Assembly (NCBI GenBank): GCA_964488715.1
Contig: CAZAVD010000004.1
Location: forward strand, 1-38,743
Origin: an uncultured Gammaproteobacteria bacterium
GTDB taxonomy: Bacteria; Patescibacteriota; Patescibacteriia; UBA2196
DNA: 38,743 nt
Reading direction: 5' to 3'
Under the pieces are notes generated by a model. It was given only the letters and a program-made list of their open reading frames with translations. It was not told the DNA's origin and ran no database searches. This document shows positions 16,082-25,777 of this stretch, in pieces. Position 1 is the first letter of the stretch. Each line of letters begins with the position of its first letter. A program made the translations under genes and the position numbers.

Positions 16082-16534
16082 ATGATAAATGCACAAACAA
16101 TACAAAAATTAAGACAACAAACTGGCGCCGGAATTATGGACATTAAAAAAGCTTTACAAGAATCTAATGAAGATGAAACCAAAGCATTAGAAATTTTAAA
16201 ACAAAAAGGATTAGAAATAGCTGCAAAAAAACAAGCCACTCGCGAAACAAAAGATGGAACAATAGGCATATACTCACACTCTAACTCTAAAATCGCTGCT
16301 TTAATAATGCTTTCTTGTGAAACTGATTTTGTTGCTAAAAATGAAGAATTTAAAAAATTAGCATCTGACATTGCAATGCAAGTTGTTGGAATGAATCCGG
16401 ACGATATATCTGATTTATTAAATCAAAATTTTATTAAAGACGAATCAAAAACCATTCAAAATATTATTAATAACGCAACAGTAAAACTTGGTGAAAAAAT
16501 TGAAATCAGTGAAATCTCAAGATTAGCGATTTAA
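16082..16534 (+). CDS. tsf: Elongation factor Ts (short form)
   Basis: LRQQTGAGIMDIKKAL, CETDFVA and KLGEKIEI; follows rpsB; 150 aa. Confidence 0.95.
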   Translation: MINAQTIQKLRQQTGAGIMDIKKALQESNEDETKALEILKQKGLEIAAKKQATRETKDGTIGIYSHSNSKIAALIMLSCETDFVAKNEEFKKLASDIAMQVVGMNPDDISDLLNQNFIKDESKTIQNIINNATVKLGEKIEISEISRLAI

Positions 16535-16540
16535 AATTTT

Positions 16541-17332
16541 ATGAATGTTATTGAAGTTCAATTTGCTCCACTTAATAAAACCTATTGGTTTGACCCGCAA
16601 AATCATGAATTAAAAATAGGAGATTTTGTTATTGTTAAAACTGAATTAGGAACTGAATTAGGAAAAGTTATTGCTTTTAAAAAAATTAATACTAATGATA
16701 ATGAAAAAAAATCTCGTGAAATTAAGCCAATATTACGAAAAGCAAATTTATCAGACATTGACAAGGTAAACGAAAAAAATAAAAACAAAATCAATGATTT
16801 AAAAATCTGTAAAAAATTAATAGAAAAACATTCTTTAGATATAAAAATTATTGATCTGCATTATTCATTTGACGGTGGCCGTTTAACTTTTTATTTTACT
16901 GCTAATGGCCGTGTTGATTTTCGTAATTTAGTAAAAGATTTAACTCATAAATTTCAAAAATCAGTTCGTCTTCATCAAATTGGCGCGCGCGATGAAGCAA
17001 AAACACTTGGCGAAATTGGTCCATGTGGAAAAACACTTTGTTGCAAAAAGATATTAAGCAAACTTGAACAAATCACTTCTGAACATGTTGATGAACAAAA
17101 TATTGCTCACAGAGGCAGCGATCGTTTATCTGGTGTATGTGGTCGTTTTAAATGTTGCTTAAAATATGAATTTCCAATATATAAAGAGTTAAATCAAAAT
17201 TTACCACCTCTTGGTCAACGCATTAAAACTGAACATGGTTATGGAAAAGTTGTTCAGCTCAATCCTTTAAAAAACAGCGTGAATATTTGTCTAGAAAAAG
17301 ACAATAAAACAATTGTGGAAGAAAAAATATAA
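16541..17332 (+). CDS. ricT: PSP1-domain protein, RicT/YaaT family
   Basis: FYFTANGRVDFRNLVKDL, IGARDEAK, GPCGKTLCC and SGVCGRFKCCLKYE. Confidence 0.9.
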   Translation: MNVIEVQFAPLNKTYWFDPQNHELKIGDFVIVKTELGTELGKVIAFKKINTNDNEKKSREIKPILRKANLSDIDKVNEKNKNKINDLKICKKLIEKHSLDIKIIDLHYSFDGGRLTFYFTANGRVDFRNLVKDLTHKFQKSVRLHQIGARDEAKTLGEIGPCGKTLCCKKILSKLEQITSEHVDEQNIAHRGSDRLSGVCGRFKCCLKYEFPIYKELNQNLPPLGQRIKTEHGYGKVVQLNPLKNSVNICLEKDNKTIVEEKI

Positions 17333-17340
17333 TATTTTTT

Positions 17341-18348
17341 ATGTTTATCAAAAAAATCGGTATTGATTTAGGAACAACCTACACCTTGGTTTATTTACCA
17401 GGTAAGGGCATTGTTATTAATGAGCCATCTGTAGTGGCCTTGTCTGTTATAGATAAAAAAATCTTAGCAGTAGGTGATGATGCAAAAGAAATGATTGGTC
17501 GCACTCCTGATACAATTGTTGCTTCGCGTCCATTAAAAGACGGTGTTATTGCTGATTACAAAACCACTGAAGCAATGATCCGTTATTATGTCAATAAAGC
17601 TGTAGGTGGTATTCGCTTTTTTCGTCCTGAAGTTATGGTTGCTGTTCCAGCTGGAATTACTTCAACAGAAAAAAGGGCTGTAATTGACGCTACAATGTCA
17701 GCTGGCGCAAAAGCAGCATACATAATTCATGAACCAACAGCTGCGGCTATTGGTGCAAATATTCCAATTGGCTCTGCCTCAGGACACATGATTGTTGATA
17801 TGGGTGGCGGAACTTCTGAAGTAGCTGTAATTTCTTTAGGTGGAATTGTTGCAAATACTTCTGTACGAATTGGAGGAAATAAATTAGATGCTGCTATCCA
17901 AGAATTTATACGGCGTAGATATAATTTGGCTATTGGAGAACGCAGCGCTGAAGAGGCAAAAATTGAAATTGGTTCTGCAATGTATTTAGACAATCCTTTA
18001 AAAATGGATATTAAGGGTCGTGATTTAGTAACTGGTTTGCCAAAACTTATTGAAATTTCGTCTGATGATATTACTGAAGCAATTAAAAATGAACTTGAAG
18101 GCATGGTAAGCGCTGTTAAAAATGTTTTGCACAAAACTCCGCCAGAACTTTCTGCTGATGTAATGGATAAAGGAATGGTGCTGTCTGGTGGTACATCACT
18201 TTTAAGAAATATTGATAAACTTTATGCACAAGCAACTGGCGTCCCAGCTTATGTGGCAGACGAAGCCTTGCTTTGTGTTGCCAAGGGAACAGGAATTGCT
18301 TTAGATAATTTAGATTCTTACAAACGCTCAATTTTAGCTACAAAATAA
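17341..18348 (+). CDS. mreB: Rod shape-determining actin-like protein MreB/Mbl (paralog 1)
   Basis: IGIDLGT, NEPSVVA, RPLKDGVIAD, VDMGGGTSEVAVISLGG and TPPELSAD. Confidence 0.95.
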   Translation: MFIKKIGIDLGTTYTLVYLPGKGIVINEPSVVALSVIDKKILAVGDDAKEMIGRTPDTIVASRPLKDGVIADYKTTEAMIRYYVNKAVGGIRFFRPEVMVAVPAGITSTEKRAVIDATMSAGAKAAYIIHEPTAAAIGANIPIGSASGHMIVDMGGGTSEVAVISLGGIVANTSVRIGGNKLDAAIQEFIRRRYNLAIGERSAEEAKIEIGSAMYLDNPLKMDIKGRDLVTGLPKLIEISSDDITEAIKNELEGMVSAVKNVLHKTPPELSADVMDKGMVLSGGTSLLRNIDKLYAQATGVPAYVADEALLCVAKGTGIALDNLDSYKRSILATK

Positions 18349-19446
18349 ATGAAAATTCTAATCATCCATGATAGATTTCAATTTAGAGGCGGAGCAGAAC
18401 GCCTTGTTTTAATTATGGCAAAAGCTTTAGATGCAGACATCTTAACTGAATTTTGGATTGATGGCGAAACTTTTGATAAATCAGAAGTTGATAATAAATT
18501 ATTTATTTTAGACAAAGATGACCCAAACATTATGGCTTGGAGATATTTTCGTGCACAAAAAAATTTTATTTTAAAAACTAGAAAAATAATTAAAAATTAT
18601 GATTTAGTAATTTTTTCTGGAAACAACTGTTTATCTACTTCTATTCATCTTAAAAAAAATCAAAAACATTTTTTATATTGCCATTCTCCAGTTAGACATG
18701 TTTTTGATTTATTTAAAAAATTTAGATCAGAACAAAAAAATATATTAAAAAAAATATTTTATTACAATATCGGCGCTTGGGGAATTAGAATTATTTATTG
18801 GCTTGGCTTATCTAAATTTAAAACAGTTATTGCTAATTCCAAAAATGTTCAAAATAGATTATTAAAATATTGTAGAAAAAAATCTGAAGTTATATGGCCA
18901 CCAATTCAAACTAATAAATTTAAATGGATTGATCAAAAAGATTATTATTTATCTTTTGGTAGAGTTGATAAATTAAAAAGAGTTCACGATATTGTTAAAG
19001 CTTTTCAACAAATGCCAGATAAAAGATTAATTGTTTCTAGTGGCGGAGATGATTTAGAAAATATAAAAAATTTAGCTAAAAATTATGACAATATAAAAAT
19101 TTTAGGCTGGGTTGAAGATAAAGAATTAAAAAATTTAGTTGGAAATTGCATTGCTCCTATTTATCTTCCAATTGATGAAGATGCTGGGATGGTTCCTTTG
19201 GAAGCTAATTCTGCTGGAAAACCAGCTATTATAAATTATGATGGGGGATTTAAAGAAATTATTCAAGATGAAGTTAATGGTAAATTTATTCCTAAAAATT
19301 ATAGTATTGAAGAAATAAAAAACGCGGTCAAGTGGATGTCTCCAGACCGCGCAATGTTGATGAAAGATGCTTGTGAACAACAAGCTCAAAATTTTTCAGA
19401 ACAAAAATTTGTTATAAAAATTAAAAAAGTAATATGGAATTTATGA
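18349..19446 (+). CDS. GT4 glycosyltransferase
   Basis: GGAERLV, YCHSPVR, IANSKNV and EDAGMVPLEANSAGKP (EX7E). Confidence 0.92.
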   Translation: MKILIIHDRFQFRGGAERLVLIMAKALDADILTEFWIDGETFDKSEVDNKLFILDKDDPNIMAWRYFRAQKNFILKTRKIIKNYDLVIFSGNNCLSTSIHLKKNQKHFLYCHSPVRHVFDLFKKFRSEQKNILKKIFYYNIGAWGIRIIYWLGLSKFKTVIANSKNVQNRLLKYCRKKSEVIWPPIQTNKFKWIDQKDYYLSFGRVDKLKRVHDIVKAFQQMPDKRLIVSSGGDDLENIKNLAKNYDNIKILGWVEDKELKNLVGNCIAPIYLPIDEDAGMVPLEANSAGKPAIINYDGGFKEIIQDEVNGKFIPKNYSIEEIKNAVKWMSPDRAMLMKDACEQQAQNFSEQKFVIKIKKVIWNL

Positions 19447-20543
19447 ATAAAAAAACCATAATTACAATAGACGCGTCGCGTTCAACAGATTCTATTCAAA
19501 AAACTGGGGTAGAATTTGTTAGTGATGAATTGTTAAAAAAATTTAATAATATAAAAAATAATAATATTAATTTTATTTTTTATACACCAAAAAAAATTAG
19601 CTGGTTGCCAGATGAACAACAAAAAATTCTTAATTGGCCGTTTAAATTTTTATGGACGCAAATTAGATTAAGCTTAGAAATGCTATTTAATAAACCAGAA
19701 ATATATTTTTCACCAGTTCACACATTGCCTTTTTTTACGCCTAAAAATAGTTATAAAATTATTCACGATATAGCATTTAAAAAAAATCCAAAAATATATA
19801 ATTTAAAAAATAAAATTTTATTAAATTTTGATTTATATAGAGCAATTAAAAAATGCAAAAAAATATTTGTGCCAAGCAATTATGTAAAACAAGATTTATT
19901 AAAATACACAAAAATTAATAAAAACAAAATAATAGTAATACCTCATGGTTATGCTAGAAAAAATAATAACAAATTAAATACTAATAAAAAAAATCAAATT
20001 CTATATATCGGCAGAATAGAAAAGAAAAAAAATATTATTAATTTAATTAAAGCTTTTAATTTATTTAATAAAAAATATAATAATAATTATAATTTAATTT
20101 TAGCTGGTAAAATTGATAAATATTATGTAAATAAAAATTTAAAATATTTTAATAATAAATATATAAAATTACTAGGCTATATTTCTGAAGAAAAAAAATT
20201 TGAATTATTAAAAAGTTCTAGATGTCTAGTTTATGTTTCTAAAGAAGAAGGTTTTGGGATTCCGATTTTAGAAGCATTTGATTTTGAATTGCCAGTTGTT
20301 TGCTCAGATATTCCAGTTCTGCGAGAAGTGGGAAGCAATGCATGTATTTTTGTAAATCCAGATTCTCCAGAAGAAATTGCAGATGGAATTTCTTCTGTCA
20401 TCCCGAGTTCTTCTTCTGTCATTCCTGCGGAGGCAGGAATCCAGTCTAATTTAATCAAAAACGGTCAAAATCAACTAGAAAAGTTCAACTGGCAAAAAGT
20501 AAGAGAGAAATATTTGAAAGAATTATTAAATATGGTAATATAA
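19443..20543 (+). CDS. GT4 glycosyltransferase (mannosyltransferase-like) with an in-frame repeat insertion
   Basis: KTGVE, IHDIAF, YIGRIEKKKN and EEGFGIPILEAF. ATGA overlap at 19443 preferred over 19434. Confidence 0.92.
   Translation: MNKKTIITIDASRSTDSIQKTGVEFVSDELLKKFNNIKNNNINFIFYTPKKISWLPDEQQKILNWPFKFLWTQIRLSLEMLFNKPEIYFSPVHTLPFFTPKNSYKIIHDIAFKKNPKIYNLKNKILLNFDLYRAIKKCKKIFVPSNYVKQDLLKYTKINKNKIIVIPHGYARKNNNKLNTNKKNQILYIGRIEKKKNIINLIKAFNLFNKKYNNNYNLILAGKIDKYYVNKNLKYFNNKYIKLLGYISEEKKFELLKSSRCLVYVSKEEGFGIPILEAFDFELPVVCSDIPVLREVGSNACIFVNPDSPEEIADGISSVIPSSSSVIPAEAGIQSNLIKNGQNQLEKFNWQKVREKYLKELLNMVI
20415..20444 (+). repeat. GTCATTCCTGC-N4-GCAGGAATCCA palindromic repeat (RPE-4/dRS3-like), intragenic copy
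   Basis: Stem ATTCCTGC/GCAGGAAT; 28/29 nt identical to the reverse complement of 30617-30645. Confidence 0.85.
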
Positions 20544-20547
20544 AAAT

Positions 20548-21552
20548 ATGAAAAAAACCATCATATTTCTAATAACAATAATTTTATTTCTAATTGCAAT
20601 TTTTGGTCTTATTTTTATTTACCAAATTTCAGTTAAAACAAATTTTAAAACAGAAAAAGAATTTATAATTGAGAAAGGAGAAACATTAAATTCAATTAGT
20701 TCTCGACTTCAAGAGCAAGGAATTATAAATTCACAATTTGCTTTTGAAAGCTATTTATATCTTAAAAATTTAGAAAAATCTGTTCAAGCTGGCAATTATG
20801 TTTTAACATCAATGAATATTTCTGATTTATCTAAAATTTTATCAGCTGGCAAAGTTGATAATGAAATTCAATTAAAATTTATAGAAGGCTGGACTGCTAA
20901 AGAAATTGCAGACGAATTAATTAAGCGCAAAATAATTATTAATTCAAAAGAGTTTTTAAATTTAGCTCAGGCTAAAAATTTTAGTTCTGAATTTAATTTT
21001 TTAAAAGATGTTGAAAGTCGCAGTTTAGAAGGTTTTTTATTTCCAGACACATATTTAGTTTATAAAGACGCAACAACAAATGACATAATTTTAAAAATGT
21101 TGGATAATTTTGATAAAAAAATAACTCCTGCTTTACACACAGAAATTAAAGCTCAAAACAAAACACTTTATCAAATTTTAATAATGGCGTCTATAATTGA
21201 AGCTGAGGTTCAAACAGAAAAAGACAGACAACTTGTATCTGGAATTTTATGGAAAAGATTAAAAACTGGAATGTTGCTTCAAGTTGATTCAAGTTTAAAA
21301 TATGTAATTGGCAAAAAAGATCGTAATGTATTAACTTATGCTGAATTAAAAATTGACTCACCTTATAATACTTATAAATATAAAGGTCTGCCTCCAACCC
21401 CAATTAACAATCCTGGATTTTCAGCTATTCGCGCTGCAATTTATCCAAAAAATTCAGACTACTGGTTTTATTTATCAGACAAACAAGGCAAAACCCACTT
21501 TGCTCAAACAGGAAAAGAGCATGAGGAAAATGTGAAAAAGTATTTGAAGTAA
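20548..21552 (+). CDS. mltG: Endolytic transglycosylase MltG (YceG family)
   Basis: N-terminal TM, LEGFLFPDTY, MASIIEAE, SPYNTYKYKGLPPTPINNPG and YFLSD-like WFYLSD. Confidence 0.95.
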   Translation: MKKTIIFLITIILFLIAIFGLIFIYQISVKTNFKTEKEFIIEKGETLNSISSRLQEQGIINSQFAFESYLYLKNLEKSVQAGNYVLTSMNISDLSKILSAGKVDNEIQLKFIEGWTAKEIADELIKRKIIINSKEFLNLAQAKNFSSEFNFLKDVESRSLEGFLFPDTYLVYKDATTNDIILKMLDNFDKKITPALHTEIKAQNKTLYQILIMASIIEAEVQTEKDRQLVSGILWKRLKTGMLLQVDSSLKYVIGKKDRNVLTYAELKIDSPYNTYKYKGLPPTPINNPGFSAIRAAIYPKNSDYWFYLSDKQGKTHFAQTGKEHEENVKKYLK

Positions 21553-21561
21553 AAATTTTGT

Positions 21562-21590
21562 TTGACATTTAATAATGCTTTTGCTAAACT
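21562..21590 (+). promoter_or_regulatory. rplJL promoter
   Basis: TTGACA-17-TAAACT with TG extension. Confidence 0.7.
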
Positions 21591-21609
21591 AAAATCATAA
21601 TTGAATATT

Positions 21610-21680
21610 TACCACAGAAATTAGGCGCAAAATAAGTCCTAATTAGGTAATATAAGCTAATTTTAGCTAATTCTGTGGTA
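21610..21680 (+). promoter_or_regulatory. L10 leader-like autoregulatory RNA
   Basis: TACCACAGAA/TTCTGTGGTA outer stem and inner AATTAGG/CCTAATT followed by AGG, directly upstream of rplJ. Confidence 0.7.
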
Positions 21681-21747
21681 TAAAAATCAGAGATTTTTTA
21701 TTTTTATAAATTCCCTTAATTACTCAATTTCTTAATTACTAAAACAT

Positions 21748-22263
21748 ATGCCTAAAAACAAACAACAAAAAACTAAAATTCTTAAAGATCTTAATCAAAA
21801 AGTAAAAGATTCTAATTCTTTTATTATTTCAACATTTAATAATTTATCAGTTAATGATGATCAATCGTTGCGTAAAGATTTACGAAAAGAAAATGTTGAA
21901 TATGAAGTAACAAAAAAAACATTACTTAAAAAAGTTTTCGCAGAAAATAAAGTTAATGATTTACCTGAAAATGAATTACTTGGCAATATTTCTATAGCTA
22001 CTTCAAAAGATGAAGTTATGGGCGCAAAAGTTTTATCAAATTTTGCCAAAGATCATGAAAATTTTAATATTATTGGCGGAATTTTAAAGAAAATTTGGTT
22101 TGATTCATCTAAAATTGCAGAACTTGCAAAATTACCAACAAAACAAGAATTAATCGCGAAAACTGTTGGGACAATAAAAACTCCTTTGACTGGTTTTGTA
22201 AATGTTTTATCTGGAAATGCCAGAGGATTAATAAATGTATTAAATGCTATTAAAAATAAATAA
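21748..22263 (+). CDS. rplJ: 50S ribosomal protein L10
   Basis: LRKDLR...YEVTKKTL and LAKLPTKQEL; upstream of rplL. Confidence 0.96.
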   Translation: MPKNKQQKTKILKDLNQKVKDSNSFIISTFNNLSVNDDQSLRKDLRKENVEYEVTKKTLLKKVFAENKVNDLPENELLGNISIATSKDEVMGAKVLSNFAKDHENFNIIGGILKKIWFDSSKIAELAKLPTKQELIAKTVGTIKTPLTGFVNVLSGNARGLINVLNAIKNK

Positions 22264-22292
22264 TTAATAATTAACTAAAATAATATAAATTT

Positions 22293-22703
22293 ATGACAGA
22301 AGAAAAAAAAGAAATTAAAGTTCCTGAAAAATTTAAATCAATTGTTCAAGAAATTGAAAAAATGTCAGTTCTTGATCTTTCAGAATTAGTTAAAATTTTA
22401 GAAGACAAGTTTGGTGTTTCAGCAGCTGCTCCAATGATGATGGGCGCAATGCCTGGAGCTTCTGGCGCAGAAGAATCTGCTGCTGAAGAAAAATCTGAAT
22501 TTAATGTTGAATTAACTTCAGCTGGTGATAATAAAATCGGTGTTATTAAAGCTGTTCGCGAAATCACTGAAATGGGTCTTAAAGACGCTAAAGATTTAGT
22601 TGAAAGTGCACCAGCAGTTATCAAAGAAAGTGTTAAAAAAGAAGATGCAGAAGAAATGAAAAAGAAGGTTGAAGAAGCTGGTGGAAATGTAACTCTAAAG
22701 TAA
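22293..22703 (+). CDS. rplL: 50S ribosomal protein L7/L12
   Basis: [23 protein letters not shown] and [22 protein letters not shown]. Confidence 0.98.
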   Translation: MTEEKKEIKVPEKFKSIVQEIEKMSVLDLSELVKILEDKFGVSAAAPMMMGAMPGASGAEESAAEEKSEFNVELTSAGDNKIGVIKAVREITEMGLKDAKDLVESAPAVIKESVKKEDAEEMKKKVEEAGGNVTLK

Positions 22704-24761
22704 ATCAATCTGATAAATTTTGTTTTCAACACTAACCCATCCAATACTTTCATCAGAATTTATATTCAAATTATCTGCTTCTTTAAATTCTTCATTTAAT
22801 AATTGTTTATGAACAACCCCTTCTTTATCAATTTGCAAAACCCTTCCATTAATTTTATCTAAAACATAAATATGTTTCCAATCCTCTTGAGTATAAACTC
22901 TTAAATCCACGCCCAATTTATTTTCTAATTTACTTAAAATAAATTCTTTTTGTTCACCCTTAAAAAGTTTAACAATTTTACCACCATTTGCTAACCAAAT
23001 ATTTCCATCAATGCTCATTTGTTTTATTGAGCTTAATAAAGCCTTATCTGATTGGGTCCACACAGTGACATTTGGATTAGTTTCAGTTGGTTGCGAAACT
23101 TTATAAATCGCGCCAATTGTTTTATCTAAATAATAAATTCGTTCACCATAAGGTTTTAAATCAGCAATTTTATGCTCAGAATCTAATGTAATATTTAATA
23201 ATTCATTTTCTTGCCCGTGCCTAAAATAAATTTCATTTAAATTATTTAAAATCAAAAATCCTTTATCTTCCCAGTTAATTATTTTTTGTGCATTTAACCC
23301 TGTATATAATTCTGAAAATTCTTTTTGTTCTAAAGAAATTTTATAAACTTTATCTTGATTTATTAACGCATACAAAAAGTCTCCTTTACGGATAACTTGA
23401 CTAACTGACCCTAATGATTCTAAATCAACAACTTCATTTAATTGTATTTCATAAATATTATTTATTTTATTAATTAATTTACGAATTTCATTTTGTTCTG
23501 TGTTTGCACGGGTTTGCCATTTTTCGTCTTCAGTTGGCAAACTATCCAACGAATTTAAAGCAAAATTTAATAAATTCGTAGCTTTTTCATCATCTTGATA
23601 AATTAAAGCAGCTTGAGCTTCATCTTTTTTATCATTTACATTAATTAAAATATTTTCATAACTTGTGATTTTTTCTTTATACTGTTTATTAAAATACAAA
23701 TAAATTAAACTGCTAGCAAAAGTTATAATTAAAATTACAACAATACCAGCCCAATTAAAACTGCGTTTTGGCTTTTCAGCGTCAACTGGTTTTTCTAAAC
23801 TAATTTCTTTTTTAATTTTAAATTTATCTTTAATTTTATCTAATTTAGGAATTATTGTTCCTAAAGAAACTAAATCAGGTTTTTTAATTTTTGGTAATTT
23901 AAATTTCCTATCACTATCTTGTTTATTATTTTTAAATTTACTTCCAATGCTTTTAGCTATTTTACCTAAATTAGGCCTTGCTGAAGATTTTAATGTTCTG
24001 CCAGTTCGCTGCTCTAAATTTTCTAATTGTTGCATTGACTCTTGTGAACCATATAAATCTTTTAAATACTTTTGAGTTTTTTCATCAGGATTTTCAACTT
24101 CAAATGATTCTGTTTCATATTTTGCAATTAATGACAAAACATGTGGCACTTTTATATTTTCTTTTAACAAATTTTTAAATTGCTCAACAGATTGACTTGC
24201 TTTTAATTTGGTTGTAACTTCTTTAATTTTTTCTAAAGAAAAAAAGTCAAACAATGCGTAATTTGACAAAACCAAAACATCTCCAATTTTAACTTCTCCT
24301 GTTGTTAATTGAGCAAAAAAATTACCTGGCGTAGAGTCTTCTAATGTTGAATCTAAAATTTGTGTAACTTTATTGCTCCTCATTAAGTATCCAGAAAACT
24401 GACCAAAACTTGTCATTGCTAAAAAATCATCTTTAAAAACACCAATTAAAATATTAATTTTTTTAAACCAAATTTCAGGTTTAACAATAATATCTGCTAA
24501 ATTTAAATTTAAATTTTGGCAAGTTGTTTCTAATGAACCTTCAACATCTGGAATAGGAGAGGAATAATAATCAGTTTGCACTTGATCAATAATTTTTTTT
24601 ATTTTTTCTTTAACACCTTTTTCTCTAGAATTTATTTCAATCAAAACAAATAATTGACCTAAACCAGATTTCTCAACCAAATCTTCATGAGCAACAAAAA
24701 TATCCAAACTTGAGTTTGCCTTTTCTGGCGATAAAATTAATTTTCCTAATTGATGCTGCAT
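22695..24761 (-). CDS. Bitopic membrane protein: degenerate PP2C-like N-domain, single TM, beta-propeller-like C-domain
   Basis: [21 protein letters not shown] (PP2C-like fold), [23 protein letters not shown], and repeated IYYLD/IYVLD/IWLA beta-strand units. Confidence 0.6.
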   Translation of the reverse strand: MQHQLGKLILSPEKANSSLDIFVAHEDLVEKSGLGQLFVLIEINSREKGVKEKIKKIIDQVQTDYYSSPIPDVEGSLETTCQNLNLNLADIIVKPEIWFKKINILIGVFKDDFLAMTSFGQFSGYLMRSNKVTQILDSTLEDSTPGNFFAQLTTGEVKIGDVLVLSNYALFDFFSLEKIKEVTTKLKASQSVEQFKNLLKENIKVPHVLSLIAKYETESFEVENPDEKTQKYLKDLYGSQESMQQLENLEQRTGRTLKSSARPNLGKIAKSIGSKFKNNKQDSDRKFKLPKIKKPDLVSLGTIIPKLDKIKDKFKIKKEISLEKPVDAEKPKRSFNWAGIVVILIITFASSLIYLYFNKQYKEKITSYENILINVNDKKDEAQAALIYQDDEKATNLLNFALNSLDSLPTEDEKWQTRANTEQNEIRKLINKINNIYEIQLNEVVDLESLGSVSQVIRKGDFLYALINQDKVYKISLEQKEFSELYTGLNAQKIINWEDKGFLILNNLNEIYFRHGQENELLNITLDSEHKIADLKPYGERIYYLDKTIGAIYKVSQPTETNPNVTVWTQSDKALLSSIKQMSIDGNIWLANGGKIVKLFKGEQKEFILSKLENKLGVDLRVYTQEDWKHIYVLDKINGRVLQIDKEGVVHKQLLNEEFKEADNLNINSDESIGWVSVENKIYQIDLL

Positions 24762-24771
24762 TTATTTAATT

Positions 24772-24795
24772 GTAGAGACAGGTTTCAAACCTGTC
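24772..24795 (+). repeat. GTAG-type REP-like element
   Basis: GTAG-A-GACAGGTTT-C-AAACCTGTC. Confidence 0.6.
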
Positions 24796-24802
24796 CATCC
24801 AT

Positions 24803-24882
24803 TGTGAATAACTTTTTATTAACTATATTATACCATATTTTATATTTTTCTCAATTTTATGCTATAATACACCTGTGGAAAA
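24803..24882. promoter_or_regulatory. Two DnaA-box-like sites flanking an extended -10 promoter
   Basis: TGTGAATAA at 24803-11, TG-c-TATAAT at 24860-68 and TGTGGAAAA at 24874-82. Confidence 0.5.
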
Positions 24883-24932
24883 CAAAAATAAATAAAAACA
24901 AAAAACCCGTCAGACGGGTCAAGCAAAAACAA

Positions 24933-25685
24933 ATGAACCAAAAAAAACTAGCACAACTTATTCAGCTTATTGAAACTGCTGATATTTCGCTTCAACAGGC
25001 GCGAGATGTTTTAAAAGAATTAGGCAGTGAAAACATAAATGCAAATTTAGCGCAAGACCGCGCTGTAAATTTAAGTAGTACAGCAAATAACAAAGAACAA
25101 ATCATTGAAGGTGTTTTTAATGGTCAAAATATGATTGGCCCAGATGCAAAAGAATACAGTGTGCCAGCAAATTATGCTTCAAAATCAAAACTTGTTGAGG
25201 GCGATATTTTAAAATTAACTATTCAATATGATGGTTCTTTTATTTATAAACAAATCAAGCCAATTCAGCGAGACCGTATTAAAGGCAAATTAATTATTGA
25301 TGAAGTAACTGGACAATATTCAGTATTAGCAGAAGATAAAAAAAAATATAATGTTTTAACTGCATCAGCAACATATTTTAAGGCCAAACCAAATGATGAT
25401 TTGATAATAATTATTCCAAAAGATAAAGTTTGTCAATGGGCAGCTATTGAAAATGTAATTTCAACACCAAATAAACCAGTTCCAGAATTTGACAAAACTC
25501 AAACCATAATACAAGAAACTCAAGAAAAAACTCAACCTGAAGAATTAAAACCAATTGAAAATTCTTATTCAGGAATTAGCAGTTCAGCTGCGCCAGAATC
25601 AATCTTGCCAGAAACAGAAGAAATAATTAATAATACAGATTTAGATATTGATGATATAAAAAAGGGAGATTTAGCAGAATTGTAA
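24933..25685 (+). CDS. Conserved hypothetical protein (CPR-type) with acidic tail
   Basis: IIEGVFNGQNMIGPD.KEYSVPANYASKSKLVEGDILKLTI core. ATG 24933 preferred because the upstream extension crosses the promoter and REP. Confidence 0.75.
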   Translation: MNQKKLAQLIQLIETADISLQQARDVLKELGSENINANLAQDRAVNLSSTANNKEQIIEGVFNGQNMIGPDAKEYSVPANYASKSKLVEGDILKLTIQYDGSFIYKQIKPIQRDRIKGKLIIDEVTGQYSVLAEDKKKYNVLTASATYFKAKPNDDLIIIIPKDKVCQWAAIENVISTPNKPVPEFDKTQTIIQETQEKTQPEELKPIENSYSGISSSAAPESILPETEEIINNTDLDIDDIKKGDLAEL

Positions 25686-25777
25686 TTTAAAACTAACCAA
25701 TAATTAATCCAGATAATTTTTATTTAATTTTCTGGCTTTTTTTGTTTAAACTTTTTTTTTCTGTTATAATTAAATTA

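Noticed and set aside
24750-24932. N-terminal 61-aa extension of the 24750-25685 ORF
   Set aside because: It overlaps the divergent gene start, the REP hairpin, the DnaA boxes and the promoter; ATG 24933 is preferred.
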